The notes beneath the pieces are model-generated. The model worked only from the letters and a program-made list of their open reading frames with translations, had not been told where the DNA came from and searched no databases. From Adineta vaga (taxonomy: Eukaryota > Animalia > Rotifera): a stretch of DNA of 64,000 nt. The stretch covers positions 2,666,001 through 2,730,000 of the forward strand of contig CP075493.1 of NCBI GenBank assembly GCA_021613535.1. Reading direction: 5' to 3'. A program made the position numbers and the translations under genes. Of this stretch, positions 26,701 to 39,326 are shown piece by piece (within the stretch, counting starts at the first letter, position 1; each line of letters opens with the position of its first letter).

Positions 26701-28765
26701 AACTTCTCTCTTTTCTTTTTTCAAGGAAATTGCTGTGACTGAAATACTTTGTCGAAGTGCTAAACATGTATTTCGTTCATATATACAATCCGTTCCAATT
26801 CATTTATTATCATTTTCAATCAGTCATTTTCTTAATTGTTTTCTTACAATGATATTGTCACCTGTAACAGATTATTCATTTGATGAATTTGCAACAACAT
26901 CATCGACATCAACAAGCAATTCATCGAATTCTTCACTAGCCAATTCAACAAATACTTCATCACAAAAACCAAATAATAAAAAGAAGAATAAGAAACAACA
27001 ACAACAACAACAACAACGTAAACTTAGTCCGATGATGAGAAATGGTAAGAAAAACAAATGTTAACAAATTTTATTCGAAGAAAAGTTTTTAGAATCATTG
27101 GAATTTTCATCATTAACTTCGAAATTACTCTGGTCACAATTGACGAATGAAGCAATATCAAGATACAGTTTCGAATTAAATTGGTACAAAAAAAACAAAC
27201 ATCTTTTTCATTCTCAGAAAACTAAATGCGAATTGATTTGTTGAATTTTAGTGATGATATCGAAGAATTCATTGAGATATATTCTGTTCGTCGTACCTGT
27301 ATACTACGATCATTTTGTTTAAAAACTGGTATACAATTAGCAATGCATGAATATCATTATGAATCGAGTACAAAATCATCTCGCACCAATAATGAATGTT
27401 TCAATGAAGATGATATCATTAATATCTATCCAGTTATTAAACAAGTTCCACCAAAAGTACGAATTCAATCAAGAAAATAATTTCATAATTTTGATTTTCG
27501 TTTTTAGCCAAGTGATGCTTATCAATTCTTTACAACTGGTCAACAAAAAATTCAACAAGGTTTACTTCGCGAAGGTTTTGAATTGATATCTGAAGCACAT
27601 AATCTATTAAATAATGTTTATGGTCCGATGCATCCAGAAATTAGTATGTGTTTAAGATTATTAGCAAGATTGAACTATATTATGGGAGATTATCATGAAG
27701 CACTTTTTACACAACATAAAGCTGTTATGATGTCTGAACGAGTGTTAGGTGTTGATCATCCACAAACAGCAACAGAATATGTAAATATTTTTTCATTTGA
27801 TTTCATGTCGAAAAAAAGAGAAACTTGCCGTCTTTAGATTCATATGGCTTTGTATTCATTTGCAACTGGTTTATCAGTGAATGCATCGAAATTACTTTGT
27901 CGTGCTCGATATATTATATTAGCATGTTGTGGAGAAAATCATCCACAAATTAGTTTAATTGATGTAAAGAAATGACGTTTTTTTACTTCGGAATGAGATC
28001 ATTCTTTTTCTCTTATTATCTATTCTAGAGTAATCTTGGATTGATTTTACAATCATATGGTGATTATGAAAATGCCCTTAAATTTATGGAAAAATCACTT
28101 GAATTAAATAAAACGTTCGTCACATGTTTTTTTTCTTCGTATGAATTGTTTTAATTATCATTGATTTAATTTTTAGCTTTTATGGAACAAAGAGTTTGAA
28201 AGTAGCTTTATCTCATCATCTTTGTGCACGTATTCAATCATGTCGTGGAGATTTTCGATCAGCATTGAACAGTGAACGTGAAGCATATCAAATCTATAAA
28301 TTACAAGTAAATAAAATTGATTTTTAATGAAGAAATATTTTTGTTGATGTCTTTTCTTAGCTTGGTGATGAACATGAACGAACACGTGAAAGTGCTCAGG
28401 TATTGAAGCATTTAACTGAACAAGCTGTTGTTCTACAAAAACGAATAAATGATGTTGTCAAAGGTCAATTACTTGTTATACCAAGTTTAACTGTAAATGA
28501 TTGTTTTTATGTCTTTTGTTATGATTGAATGACTTCTATTTAGATTCAACAACCAAGTTTCCAAAATGTTCTCGAAATGTTAAATGTTGTTAATGGTATT
28601 CTATTTATTCAAATACGAGAAAAAGATCTTGATATTATTCGTGATGAAATTGCTAAACAATCAACTGATGATTCCCAACAACAACAACCATCCACACCTT
28701 CTGTAACAACAATATCCGATGCAGCAGAACAAGCAGCAGCATTAATGAACAATGAAGTTGATTAA
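20780..28765 (+). CDS. CLUH: Clustered mitochondria protein homolog (CLU/clueless), many exons; intron 23145-25496 hosts another gene
   Basis: [15 protein letters not shown]; SGWNPPNG; RDWNEELQ; [14 protein letters not shown]; [17 protein letters not shown]|[14 protein letters not shown]; [19 protein letters not shown]; [11 protein letters not shown]; TPR region [12 protein letters not shown]. Confidence 0.95.
23256..25460 (+). CDS. Exostosin-like glycosyltransferase (GT64 domain, EXTL3-like architecture) nested in a CLUH intron on the same strand
   Basis: 734-aa ORF with an N-terminal type-II TM ([15 protein letters not shown]), a coiled-coil-like stem and GT64 motifs [69 protein letters not shown]. 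Likely contains an in-frame 54-nt intron (23977-24030). Confidence 0.9.
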   Translation: MLIYFRRQRYFFLLLFLISFFLIYKSHRTITYFLTDEHRIYTSLIIELPRLERLIRVKQSNLSYLQNRLSKVEKHLTKYSWHLNRLIKTIHYNTQEQKQISYFNSFDFDLNQRLNNNQTKFLVYFHSINISNDIDDHILHEFHSKISKIQSPYITYNENEAYLHLIYLPIQSNKQNICYKNIVDRKYFVLYELLHDITEPFDEKCFQGNFLQVKFFTRFNQIHVNNEQQTSISILFLNTNGKFTINLYLNNPFFLLLLVTSSSDEYQRLKNNYNISIECYDLPCLMTIFDKNISIVSIICSSSYSIIIQNQFYELFFYLLSEQIHLIIPTCQHYLPYSKVIDYFHRSSSLPWLYTIYFQTFEHRFHTLIAYLRTLSHLSTLPKLSKKFIEIKNQLIKEKNYYYLIHHRNNNFTQMSMGLMDAISFQSYRKSSFYNEPTFYDQWNRIYQPFYRSLTQTNPFELTFSKEKYTIIILTHKKRFYQLNRLLLHLNGLINLHRIIVLFNQIDPLYESTHQNLTLKDFLDDYYVYLPSIHVEIVYIFNLTNNLNNRFLPWNEFIQTDCILSLDDDSFLRHDEIEYGFRVWKENPSRLVGFISRSHRFHPLEYDASSSSCFYSMILTGAAFLHRWYLDFYTNIMSKQIRDYIQIKMNCEDIAMNYLISYLTKQSPIKIGHRETFHCLKCQESLSNKITHYHQRTECLKYFSTIYHFVPLYYSVYRIDSLLNLTSCFSLNEF

Positions 28766-29517
28766 GATATATAGACGTTCATTTCAGTCTGATACCTTTT
28801 TCCTGGTTCATTTTCTTTTTCTTCAAGTAGTATCTAGGAAAATTTTCTCTTCTTTTTCTATATACGTATCTATATATGTGTGTGTGTGTGTCTATGTTTT
28901 GAAGAAAAGGAAACTTTTTGTGTGGAACCGTTTTCTTTCTCTCTAGTTAAGCACATTATCCTGTTGGTCGTCTAATTCTATTGAGTTCGACTAGGTAATT
29001 GTGTTCTATGTTCTGTTAACTATGAATTGAAAAGTTCTTTTTTCCTTCGATTCTAGTAGTTAATCTACCTCTGTTCTGTTTGCCGTTCTTTCACTTTATT
29101 TGTTTTTCATTGATAACTATATTATGATGCTATTGTAAGAAAAATCAATAGCAATAATAGAGTTTTCTGTTTTTTTTGTTTTGTTCCTTATAATATGAAC
29201 TGTTTATTGACCGATGGAGAGTTTGTTTTTAAGATTGAAAAACATGACTAAAAACAAATTGATTGAACTATATAACCGATATACTATTTGAATTAGAGAT
29301 AAACAAACGATCGATAGTTTGTTATATTGATTTCTACTTAACAAAAACATATAAAGATATGATATTAGAATAAATAGATGCATGTTAACCAATTGTAATT
29401 CAAACTATAGTATTCCTATTTCGTTTTCAATAATAAAATAACAAATGAAAAACAAAACATCGAAAACTATTTACAAGAAACATCTGAATTATTACATGTA
29501 ACAATATCGTACAATAT

Positions 29518-30005
29518 TTAAAAGCCAATCAATACAAATGAAACGAGAGTATAGAGAACAAAAGTAAAACCAATATCAATTAAAAACAATGTACGACGTT
29601 GTTTGTATTCAGATTTTTTTCCGAAAAAAACCTTATTCCAACCATTGAACTAAAAAGAAACGATTTATGTAATAAAAGATAATCTAATTGACCGGAACTT
29701 ACAGTATAGAATCCACATAAGATTCCTGCAGCTAACATCGCACTAAGAAAATGATGTTTTCGAATATCAAAAGCGATCAATAATATATTCAATAAGAATG
29801 CATTCAATAAAGTTCCAATGTTTGACATCAGAATTGATCGATTATTACATTCATCACCTTCATTCCATTGTGTTGCTTTTAACCATTGTTTTTGAAAACC
29901 AATTGGTGAATACCATGTATAACCAAGAAACATATTTGTACAAATAATTAAAATCAATTTTGCTAATGATGTAAAGGTAAATGATATTGGTAGAAGTTCT
30001 ATCAT
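29518..30005 (-). CDS. DUF1761-like small multi-TM protein, 2 exons (intron 29650-29702)
   Basis: FLGYTWYSPIGFQKQWL resembles the DUF1761 'G.LWYSP..FG..W' motif. The spliced exon 2 ends LFLIDIGFTFVLYTLVSFVLIGF*. Confidence 0.7.
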
Positions 30006-30679
30006 GTTTGTTTTTGAATGACGAACGATAGATATATTAGGATAGAAATCGAAATAATGAAGAAGATATATTTTAAATGATATGATATGTATGTATGTCT
30101 TTGTTAATCTTCGTTTTTTGTAATACTAGCATGGACTCTTTGAACAAAGGTTGGATATGTGAGGTAAAGAAAATATAAGTGAGACATGAATTAATATTAC
30201 ACGATGTGTAAGTTTTTGAATAAAATTCGAAAATTTATTGTTGAAAACTGTATGCATAGTTTCAAAAAGAAAAGAGCGCAGTACAATCGATGTAAAATAT
30301 AAGGCGTCGAGTTGAATTCATAGCAAAGAGAAAACTTTGAACTTTAAGAAGATAAATATTTCGTGTGTATCATTGATACTCATACCTTCAGTGCAATGAC
30401 TGTCATAACGAGTATCAGTGAAGTTTAGCAAAGGAAGAGTTGACTTAGATTGAATCTGTAGTGAAATGTTACATGTAACTGTGAGAATAGAGTACATCAC
30501 TGTTTTTTTCATTTTCACTTCTGCTATTTGGTTGATAAGATAACATGATATCGTAAGTGAATCATAATCAACAGAACAGCAAATAGCGAACGAAACAATA
30601 GAAAAGTATGTTAGAAATTTGTAACTACATGTCGTTGAATATTTGTTGATATAAATGAAATAAAAGACAAGACTAATTT

Positions 30680-31573
30680 ATGGGCTGTAAACAAGTTAAA
30701 GTTAATCCAGGTGAACCGGTGAATGAAGTTGAATTAGAAAGAATTGTATCGACTACTTCGGAAGCAAACATTATCTCGAATACAACAAAGAGACATTCAG
30801 TACTAGCTTATTTGAATCCACTCGCGGTTTCAAGATCAGCAGCCGATGAAACCATTAATCTGAATCCGTCAACACCTGCCACACCAGTGACATCTCAATC
30901 CAATAATGATAATAATATTACTACAATTACTACGAAGTTCAATGAAACAAGTTCAACATTTATCGTTCCGGAAGAGACGGTAGTCTATCGACAGAATATA
31001 TCTACGCATGTTACTGTTCACGAGAATTTGTCGGATACTCATGAATATAGTAGTATGAGTATAAGATCTCATGAAACAGATAATTCCTATTCAACACATG
31101 GTTCCTTTCTGTCTTCATCAAACAATTCAAACATGCTAGCATTTGGTGAAGATGCTATTCGAAGATTTATTTCTGCGAGACCAAACAGACCTGTCAATCA
31201 AGCTTCAACACATCGTGGTAATTGGAGTGAACAAGATGATATTTCCTATTCTTTACGTGATAGTATGGCTAGTACCGTATCTGCTGATTCCGAAGGATCT
31301 GTTGTAGATCTACCAAGAGTTTCTAAACCAGTATTTGTTCATCCAAAGAATCAAACTTCAAAACAAAAGACTCTTGTTAATCAAACATCCAGCGATTTTG
31401 ATGGATCCGAATTGCATCCTGTAACAGATACGAATTCAGCAACTATAGATTTACATGTGATGACAGAACGAGTAGTATCTAATCTAAGATCGGAATCGAC
31501 TAAATTAAGCAATTATGACTATCAAAGTCGCGGTGTAATTAGTGAAACTTCAAATGAATCCGATGGAACTTAA
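30680..31573 (+). CDS. Single-exon Ser/Thr-rich orphan protein with an N-terminal MGC acylation-like motif
   Basis: Uninterrupted 297-aa ORF in AT-rich DNA; starts MGCKQVK; no recognisable domain. Confidence 0.65.
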   Translation: MGCKQVKVNPGEPVNEVELERIVSTTSEANIISNTTKRHSVLAYLNPLAVSRSAADETINLNPSTPATPVTSQSNNDNNITTITTKFNETSSTFIVPEETVVYRQNISTHVTVHENLSDTHEYSSMSIRSHETDNSYSTHGSFLSSSNNSNMLAFGEDAIRRFISARPNRPVNQASTHRGNWSEQDDISYSLRDSMASTVSADSEGSVVDLPRVSKPVFVHPKNQTSKQKTLVNQTSSDFDGSELHPVTDTNSATIDLHVMTERVVSNLRSESTKLSNYDYQSRGVISETSNESDGT

Positions 31574-31950
31574 TCATTCTTAGTTAACAAGTCATAAATA
31601 CTCTTCACAAGTTGTTATTCGCTTTTTTTCTGTTTTGTATGTAACGAATCAATGAGATAATCTTTGTTATATGTTAGAAAATATTTATCGTATATCTCCC
31701 ATGTTCAGAGATATTGTCATGCGATGCGAATTTTTCCGATGCTGGTCTATCGTTAAACGATAGATAATTTATTGAATTTAGATTAGTAGGATATATTTTT
31801 TTAGGATATGAATAGGTATTTATTACATCTAATACATTATGTAATTCGATAAATTCATTGAGATAATATTCATTTTTTCATTTAGTAAAATTTAAGTCCA
31901 TATTTTTCATTTATTTTGTAAAGAAAACAAAAAAATAAGAATTACATCTG

Positions 31951-34900
31951 ATGACAAATGTAAAAGTTACATTGAAAGCAAATAAACATTTTCTCTCTTT
32001 CTACAATGATAAAACTGATAACAGTAAGAAGTTATTCATTCCTCATTTCATCACACGATCGTCATCTCATATACACATGCCACTCCTAAATGCATTCATC
32101 GATTCAATTGTATGCGTTGGTTTTAATTCTGAACGTGGTTTTATTGTACAAGAACAACTAAATGATAATCACTCTCTGATTTCTTCATTATTAAAACCAT
32201 ATGTCCTAGCAATTCTTACTGCTGATCAAGCCATCTATTCACAATCAAAAGATGTAAATATTATTGATCAATCCTATCCATCAGCATGTTATTCATCATC
32301 TTCATCTTCAATTATATCAAATAATATATCACCAAAGAAACAGATTATTCCTATTGCATATAGTAATTTGCCAATTTTTTGTTCACCTGATGATGTTAAA
32401 ATAACTTATGAACCAGAACCTAGTCGAATTCATCATATTGTTTTTACACAAGAAGATGGTAGACGTAGTTATGCTGTTGTACTAACATTTTCGGAAAAGT
32501 TTATTCTTAAAATTGATAAACCCGATGATGATGGAAGATATCATATCGAACCATTTTCATCAATTAAAACACAATTAACAAAAAAATCAAAAAGTAAAAT
32601 ACCATCAGCATATAATCGTTATGATTCTACTGTAACAAATAAGAACAATTCATCAGCAGGTGTTTCTCGTATGCGTGAACGTTCAAATTCCAATACATCA
32701 AATCGTACATCAACAATGACATTTAATGCATCTGAACCATTCTATTTACCACATTGTCTTGTTCTTGTTTCGTCTCATTCATATTGGAGTGCAATGCAAG
32801 AAACGATTTCTATTATTCATGATGAAATTATGCATTCAAATATTGAACCAAGTTCAAATACATATAAACAATTAATACAAAAATATGCTTTTCTTACATG
32901 TAATACACCAATACCACCTGCGCCATGGGAACGTTTTTCATTACCATTTACAATAACAAATAATGAACATATTTTAACATTAGATCCACCCTTACATCCT
33001 ACTCGTCCTGTACTTGATATCGATCTATCTTTACTTCTCTTAACACTTAATATAAACAAATTAACTGATGTCTTAGCAGCTATATTAACTCAACAACCTA
33101 TCATTTTTTTCAGTTCAGATTATTCGAAATTAGTCACTTCACTTGAATGTCTTCTCTATTTAATCTATCCATTCAAATGGATTCATATTTATATACCAAT
33201 TGTACCCAATGGTTTATCTGATTATTATCTCGAAGGTCCACCGGGATCGTATATCATGGGCGTTCATTCACGTCCATGAATCAACAGTTGAATCATTAGA
33301 TTTTTGTTTAACATGTAATCTTGATAATGATGAACATATTCATATACCATCAATAATACAATTTTATTCGATTCCACAAGCAAATCTTCGTCATTTTACT
33401 GGACCTATAACGAACTTTATTGATCAAATAAAAACGACTCGATCATTACAAAATATCAATACATTAGGTCGTTTACGTCTTGATGAACAACGCGAATTAG
33501 AACGTCAACATCGTATTGAAACAAATTATCAAATCATTGCTATATTTCTCGATTTAATGATTAATTTATGTGCTGATACATTACAACCAATCTATTGGAA
33601 TATAGATCATCAACAAAAACATTCCACAACTACTTTATCACGAACATCAACATTAGAACGAACAAATCGTGTTTCAAATCAAACATTATTTAGTAAAGAA
33701 AAATATTTATTATCGAAAACGGAAGGAAACGAACAAGAATTTTATAAATTACTTCTTGATAGTACTGCTTTTCAACTTTTTCTTGAAGAAGAAATGGCAT
33801 CAGAAACATTAACAGAATTTCAAAAAATTTCCCAATTACATTCTCAAACAAATCAAGATCAAGCATTTCAAATAGATGATCATGTAACTATCTATACAGA
33901 TTTACTTTTAAACTATCAATCAAATCTATATTTTCTTTAAGATTCAAGCAACAATATCATTATTTGATACAACAATAGGTCAATTATTTTTACCATTACC
34001 TGACTGGCCGTCAAATATCCTCACACATTATCTCGATAGTTGTATTGAAATCTTTACAAATGAATTCGATATTGTCGAAAAAGAATCTTCACAACCGATG
34101 ATAACATTCTATGCTTATCTACGTGGTTGTGCATTATTATCTCGTGGTAAACTTCTCGATGGTCTTCAAGATCTTTATTTAATTGATAATCCAAATTTAT
34201 TTCCAAAAACTTACATTGAAACAACGATTTTACCTTTACTTTCTGAAACAAATCTTCTCGACTCGTTTCTTCATAAATCATTCTATCTTCAATCTCCTGA
34301 ATGGAAGAAACTACCGAAACAATCTACAACTTCTGATGTTCCATCAACTAATCCAGAACAACATGATCATTCTTTCGATGATTTCAATTCTGTCAAATCT
34401 TTAACTGATGTTACTTTAGAACCAACATCCTCAATAGTAAAAGATTATCTTTCATTCGAACAATTCTGTGAATATGTACAAAGATTAAGCATTGTATATG
34501 ATAGAGAAATCACACGAATTCTCTTCGATATTTTAGTAAATTTATCAAATGTAACAAAGAAACCATCGACAGATACATATAAACATCGTAGACGATGGTC
34601 AATCAGTAGTACTTTCTCGGACAAAACATTTGATGAAATGAATACTTCTCCACGAGACGTACGAACTGTCAATCAATCTTCAATCAATTCAACATTATCG
34701 ACAAAACATTTTAAATTATTTTCCGATATTTGGCAACAAACGAATGCTGAAAAAGCACGAATACATTCTTATTTACCAAATGATCGACAAAAACATGAAA
34801 CAATTCTTATAGTAAGAAACATTACTTCATCAAACCGTATTTATATATCTAACTTTTAGATTTCATCATCTGATATTGTATCAAAAAAAGATGCAAATGT

Positions 34901-36641
34901 TAAATTAATTCTCACACAACGATGTCTCTATTCTTTTCATGAAACAAATCCAACAGTTCGTCTTCTTACAGAAATATCGAAAATTGTCTTCATAGAAAAT
35001 TATCAACAGAAAGCTCTCTTTACATCGACAAAAGCAGCTATTCGAATATTTACATTAAATACAACTTCTCCAACAAAATCATCCTCATTACAACAAAATT
35101 CTCAACCATCAGTCATACTTCTTTTAAAAGATAATCAAGAACAAAATTTTTGGTATAAAATCATTACAGAATTATGGTCAGCTGTCTTAATAGCTCAGAA
35201 TGAATGTGATACAACAATCTTTCATAAAGTATCAAGACATATTGCTTTAATCGATACATTAACATGCATTGATTTTAATGAACAAATCCTACCAATAAAA
35301 TCAAATGGAAAACTAAAACCAAATTACAATCAGGTAATTTGACGTTTACATAGACTACTTACTTATATCTCTTATGCTTTCATATGTAGACAAGTTTAGA
35401 TGTAACTTTAAATAAATTAACAATATTTACTTCAATGTATCAAAATGGCACTTATAAAACGTTAAGTCAAGAAACTCGAAGAATTCTTCATAATCGTCTT
35501 ACACTTTCAATGAATGAAATTGAACATTGTACAGTACGTTGTTTGACATTTACAGACAATCCTGATAGTAGATATTCAATTTTATGGTGTGCTTATGGTC
35601 AAAAATTAAAAATGTTCAATACAACAACATGGCTTTGTAATCTAAATGATATGTTATTTCCTTCCGTCATAACATGTATGTGTTCGGATGCATGTGATAA
35701 ACTTTGGATTGGTTGTTTTGATGGAGAAGTTTTTATTGTTGATACAATTCAATTGATTTGTGGAACACAATTAACATCAATTCAAGGTAAAGGTGGATGT
35801 CAAACAATGACATTTGATACTGAACAGAATCGGATGTTAATAGCGAATCGATCTGGTTTTATTACAATTTGGAATACACATACTAGACAACGTCTACTTG
35901 ATATTAATTTAGAAGAGATCTATAAGAAAACATATAATATGCAACAAAAAATATATAAAACAGAATTATTATTAAATATTCATAATCCAACTGAAGAACC
36001 TACTATTAGTAAGATAACAATAGAATTGTTTTTTCTTCTTCTTTTTCTTTATTTTGTTATATCTTTTAGATGTTTCATCAACAGTTCTTTCCAACGATAT
36101 TATTTCTACATTATCCAATGAATTGAAAACTATACAAATCTATGAAGATCTTCTATTCGCTTGTTATCGAGATGATTATATTCTTATATTTCGTATAACT
36201 CCGACAGATACATATGTATATGAAGATATCATTTCAGTTAAATATCAAGATTCCTCAATGCCAATTAATTCTTTTCTTGTTTATAATCGTCAATTATGGA
36301 TATCGACTGGTTATGTAATTTATATGTTTAATATAATTTATGGAAGCAAGAAAAATTCATATCATTTACTTATGAAAAAACATTTAGAAGATGATCATCT
36401 CTTAGTAATGTTAGGCTTTTCAGATTACATATGGGCTGGATCATCGCGTGGAAATATTTATATATTTCGTATGGATAATTATGAATTAGTTAAAACATTG
36501 AATGCACATAAAGATGGAGTTTGTTGTTTATGTTCAATGTTAAATATGTATATTATTAGTGGATCACAAGAACTTGATACATCTATTATTGTATGGGAAA
36601 ATGAACAAATAACAGATGAAACATCTACAACTCAATTGTGA
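31951..36641 (+). CDS. DENN domain protein, DENND3-like (uDENN-DENN-dDENN, GRAM-like, C-terminal beta-propeller); apparent +1 frameshift at ~33274
   Basis: HHIVFTQEDGRRSYAVVL; FYLPHCLVLVS; ECLLYLIYPFKWIHIYIPIVP..YIMG; YLRGCALLSRGKLLDGLQDLY; WD-like LWIG, IWAGS, SIIVWE. True start may be ATG 32077. Confidence 0.8.
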
Positions 36642-37102
36642 CATAGATATGTTTTAATATTGAATAATGAAATCTATTTGATTGTTTGTTGAATATTTGT
36701 TTTTGTAAACATCACTCAGAAATTATAAAAGAAAAAGAACAATATGTAAAGACACTTATTGTGTGCACATGATTACAATAAGATAAGAATACAAAGACAT
36801 AAACATCTTTCGAAATTTATGACAGATTGCTATATCGATTTTAAACATAGATGAGATTTACATGAAACAAGAATATAAAAGAGCAAATACACATAACGAC
36901 ACTATTCATCGTCGTTTGCAAGATTTGATTTGAAATGTATTGATGACAGTATTTCTATCCTCATCTTTGTTCTTATTTGTACGTAATCAACCGTAACGTT
37001 TAATGAGTAATCCAATCAATATTATGTTTTCTCACTTTACTTTGTGATACTTGATACATTCGTTCTTTATTTTAGTATTAATACTATACGAATATAAATA
37101 TC

Positions 37103-37368
37103 ATGTTTCAATCGAATCCGAATCAACAACAATCGTTTCCAGAATTGGTTGGTCGTAGTGCTCAAGAAGCATCTGCATATATTTCTAGCCGAGGTTTTTC
37201 TGTTACTTTAAGTAGATCAAATAAGTTCTTCTCATTTTCATCGTAGGTTTAGTGCCAATTGTTGTGCAAGCTAATCAACCAATGACTATGGATTATAGCC
37301 CAACTCGTGTTCGTATTATTGTCGATCGATCAGGAAATACTGTTATTCAAGCGCCTAATATTGGTTGA
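37103..37368 (+). CDS. Potato inhibitor I family (I13) serine-protease inhibitor, 2 exons (intron 37194-37246); absent from the ORF track
   Basis: Spliced translation MFQSNPNQQQSFPELVGRSAQEASAYISSRGLVPIVVQANQPMTMDYSPTRVRIIVDRSGNTVIQAPNIG*, with family hallmarks PELVG, TMDY...RVR and terminal P.IG. Confidence 0.88.
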
Positions 37369-37947
37369 AAGATATCTACGAATCATATAAAACAAACTAA
37401 ATAAACCTATAATTTGCAGTCTTTTCCTAAATCAATAAACTATTCTTCGTGCATGATGTCAATTGAAAATTGAATAGTCATCTATACTATGCAGTAAAAC
37501 TTTGTTATCTGTAAAACCGCATGATATTACATTTTTCATCCAAGGAAAAATTGGAGTGTGAGAAAAATATGACACTTTGACGAAATGGAGATTTTGTACT
37601 GAATTAAATCAGAAAATCGAATGCTATTGAATATATCTTTTATCCTTTGATTAAGACGCAATATGACATGGATAGATAATAAAACATTTTGAAAGAAGAA
37701 GTTTTCGTTTTTTTTGCGACTTTATTATCTGCCAACGCATTTGATTCATCAAAACATGTTGTGTCAGTATGCTTAGTTTATGATTATGTATTTTCTCGAT
37801 ATTCAATCATCTGTTCGAATTTCTCACACCTTTACATTTTTGAAACAACATTATCCTTTTTGCCCTTGTTATCAGCATAACAAGAATGGACTTTCGGTAT
37901 AAAAGACCGTCGAAAGTCGACCTTCATTTTATCCATTAGGATTCAAT

Positions 37948-39015
37948 ATGCTTACCCATATCCTCATTACCTTTTCTCTTTTCTTCGGTGTTGCCTTCAA
38001 CACACCCATTCCAAATTCTGTTGACAATGGAGTTGATTATGAATGGCTTGGTAAGTATTGATATTGTTAAATCAATTTTTTTCTTACACATGTTTATCAC
38101 GTAGGCGGTGGTTTCGAAGGTGATATGATCTTTCATCCTGGATTTGATCCAACAACAGAATCAACGAGTCGAGGTGTTGCCATCTGGGGACCACGACGTT
38201 GGTCAAAAAATACTGTTCCTTATGATTTATCTTTAATAACAAGTAACGCAGAGCTAGAATAATCGTTAGATAGATTATGTTTTATTTTCGTTTTTTAGAT
38301 GCTGGACATCGTAGAATAATCGAAGATGCCATGGCAACATTAGCCAGTGTGACTAAATCACCAGTTACAGGCAAAGCATGTCTCAGCTTTCGACCATCAT
38401 TACCAAATGAACGAAATATTCTCAAAGTCGATTATGGTACTGGTTGTAGTGCAACAGTAAGTTGAATATAACGGGTTTTTGACAGTAATTGAACAATCTA
38501 TTTTCTAAGGTTGGTTTTTCATATGCTCCAAATACCATGTCACTTGCTTATCCTGGATGTTTTCATTCTGGCATTATTCAACATGAACTTATGCATGTTA
38601 TTGGTTAGTTTTAATAATATTTCACTATTGTATTTTCCTTCTTCGTTTTTTTGTTCTAGGTTTCTATCATGAACAATCACGTCCTGATCGTGATTCATAT
38701 ATTACTGTCAATCTTGGCAATGTTGGTAAAGGTCATGTAAGTTTCCTTTGTTTTTACTGATTAAATGATTTCAAAAGATGAATTCTTTGCTTCTAGGAAC
38801 ATAATTTCAATAAATATCGATGGGGTAACATGGTATTAAATCAAAATACAATCTATGATTATGCAAGTATTATGCATTATGGTACAAATTATTTCAGTAG
38901 TAATGGACAAGCAACAATCACTCCAAAGGAACCCACTGCAAGAATTGGTCAACGCGATCGTCTTAGTCCCATTGATATTGCTGAAATTCGTGCATTCTAT
39001 GATTGTTCAGATTAA
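37948..39015 (+). CDS. Astacin-family (M12A) zinc metalloprotease, multi-exon
   Basis: Signal peptide, pro-peptide FEGDM, HELMHVIG|FYHEQSRPDRD zinc motif, YDYASIMHY Met-turn, IGQRDRLSPIDI. Confidence 0.94.
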
Positions 39016-39326
39016 AAGCTTTTCTTTTTTCAAATAATTACGATAATAAAAATCAAATGTGTCCTTTTGGTCACTTCACTTTTTCCCCCCAATGAAGATA
39101 ATTCGTATATCTTAATCTTGATAAAATCTAAAGACGCTAATCTATATTAAAGAAATTCAATCACTCAAAATAGAATAAAAAAAACGAATGAATATAAAAA
39201 ACAAAACATACACGTGTTAAAGCAAATTACAAATTGTAACAAAAATTCCTTGGTATTATATTTCAATTCATACATGTTGACTAGTAAAGCAAGAAAACAA
39301 AACATCAATTGCTAGTTTTATAAATA

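Noticed and set aside
37103-39015. Inhibitor plus astacin as a cognate protease/inhibitor pair
   Set aside because: I13 inhibitors target serine proteases, not zinc astacins, and the inhibitor has no signal peptide.
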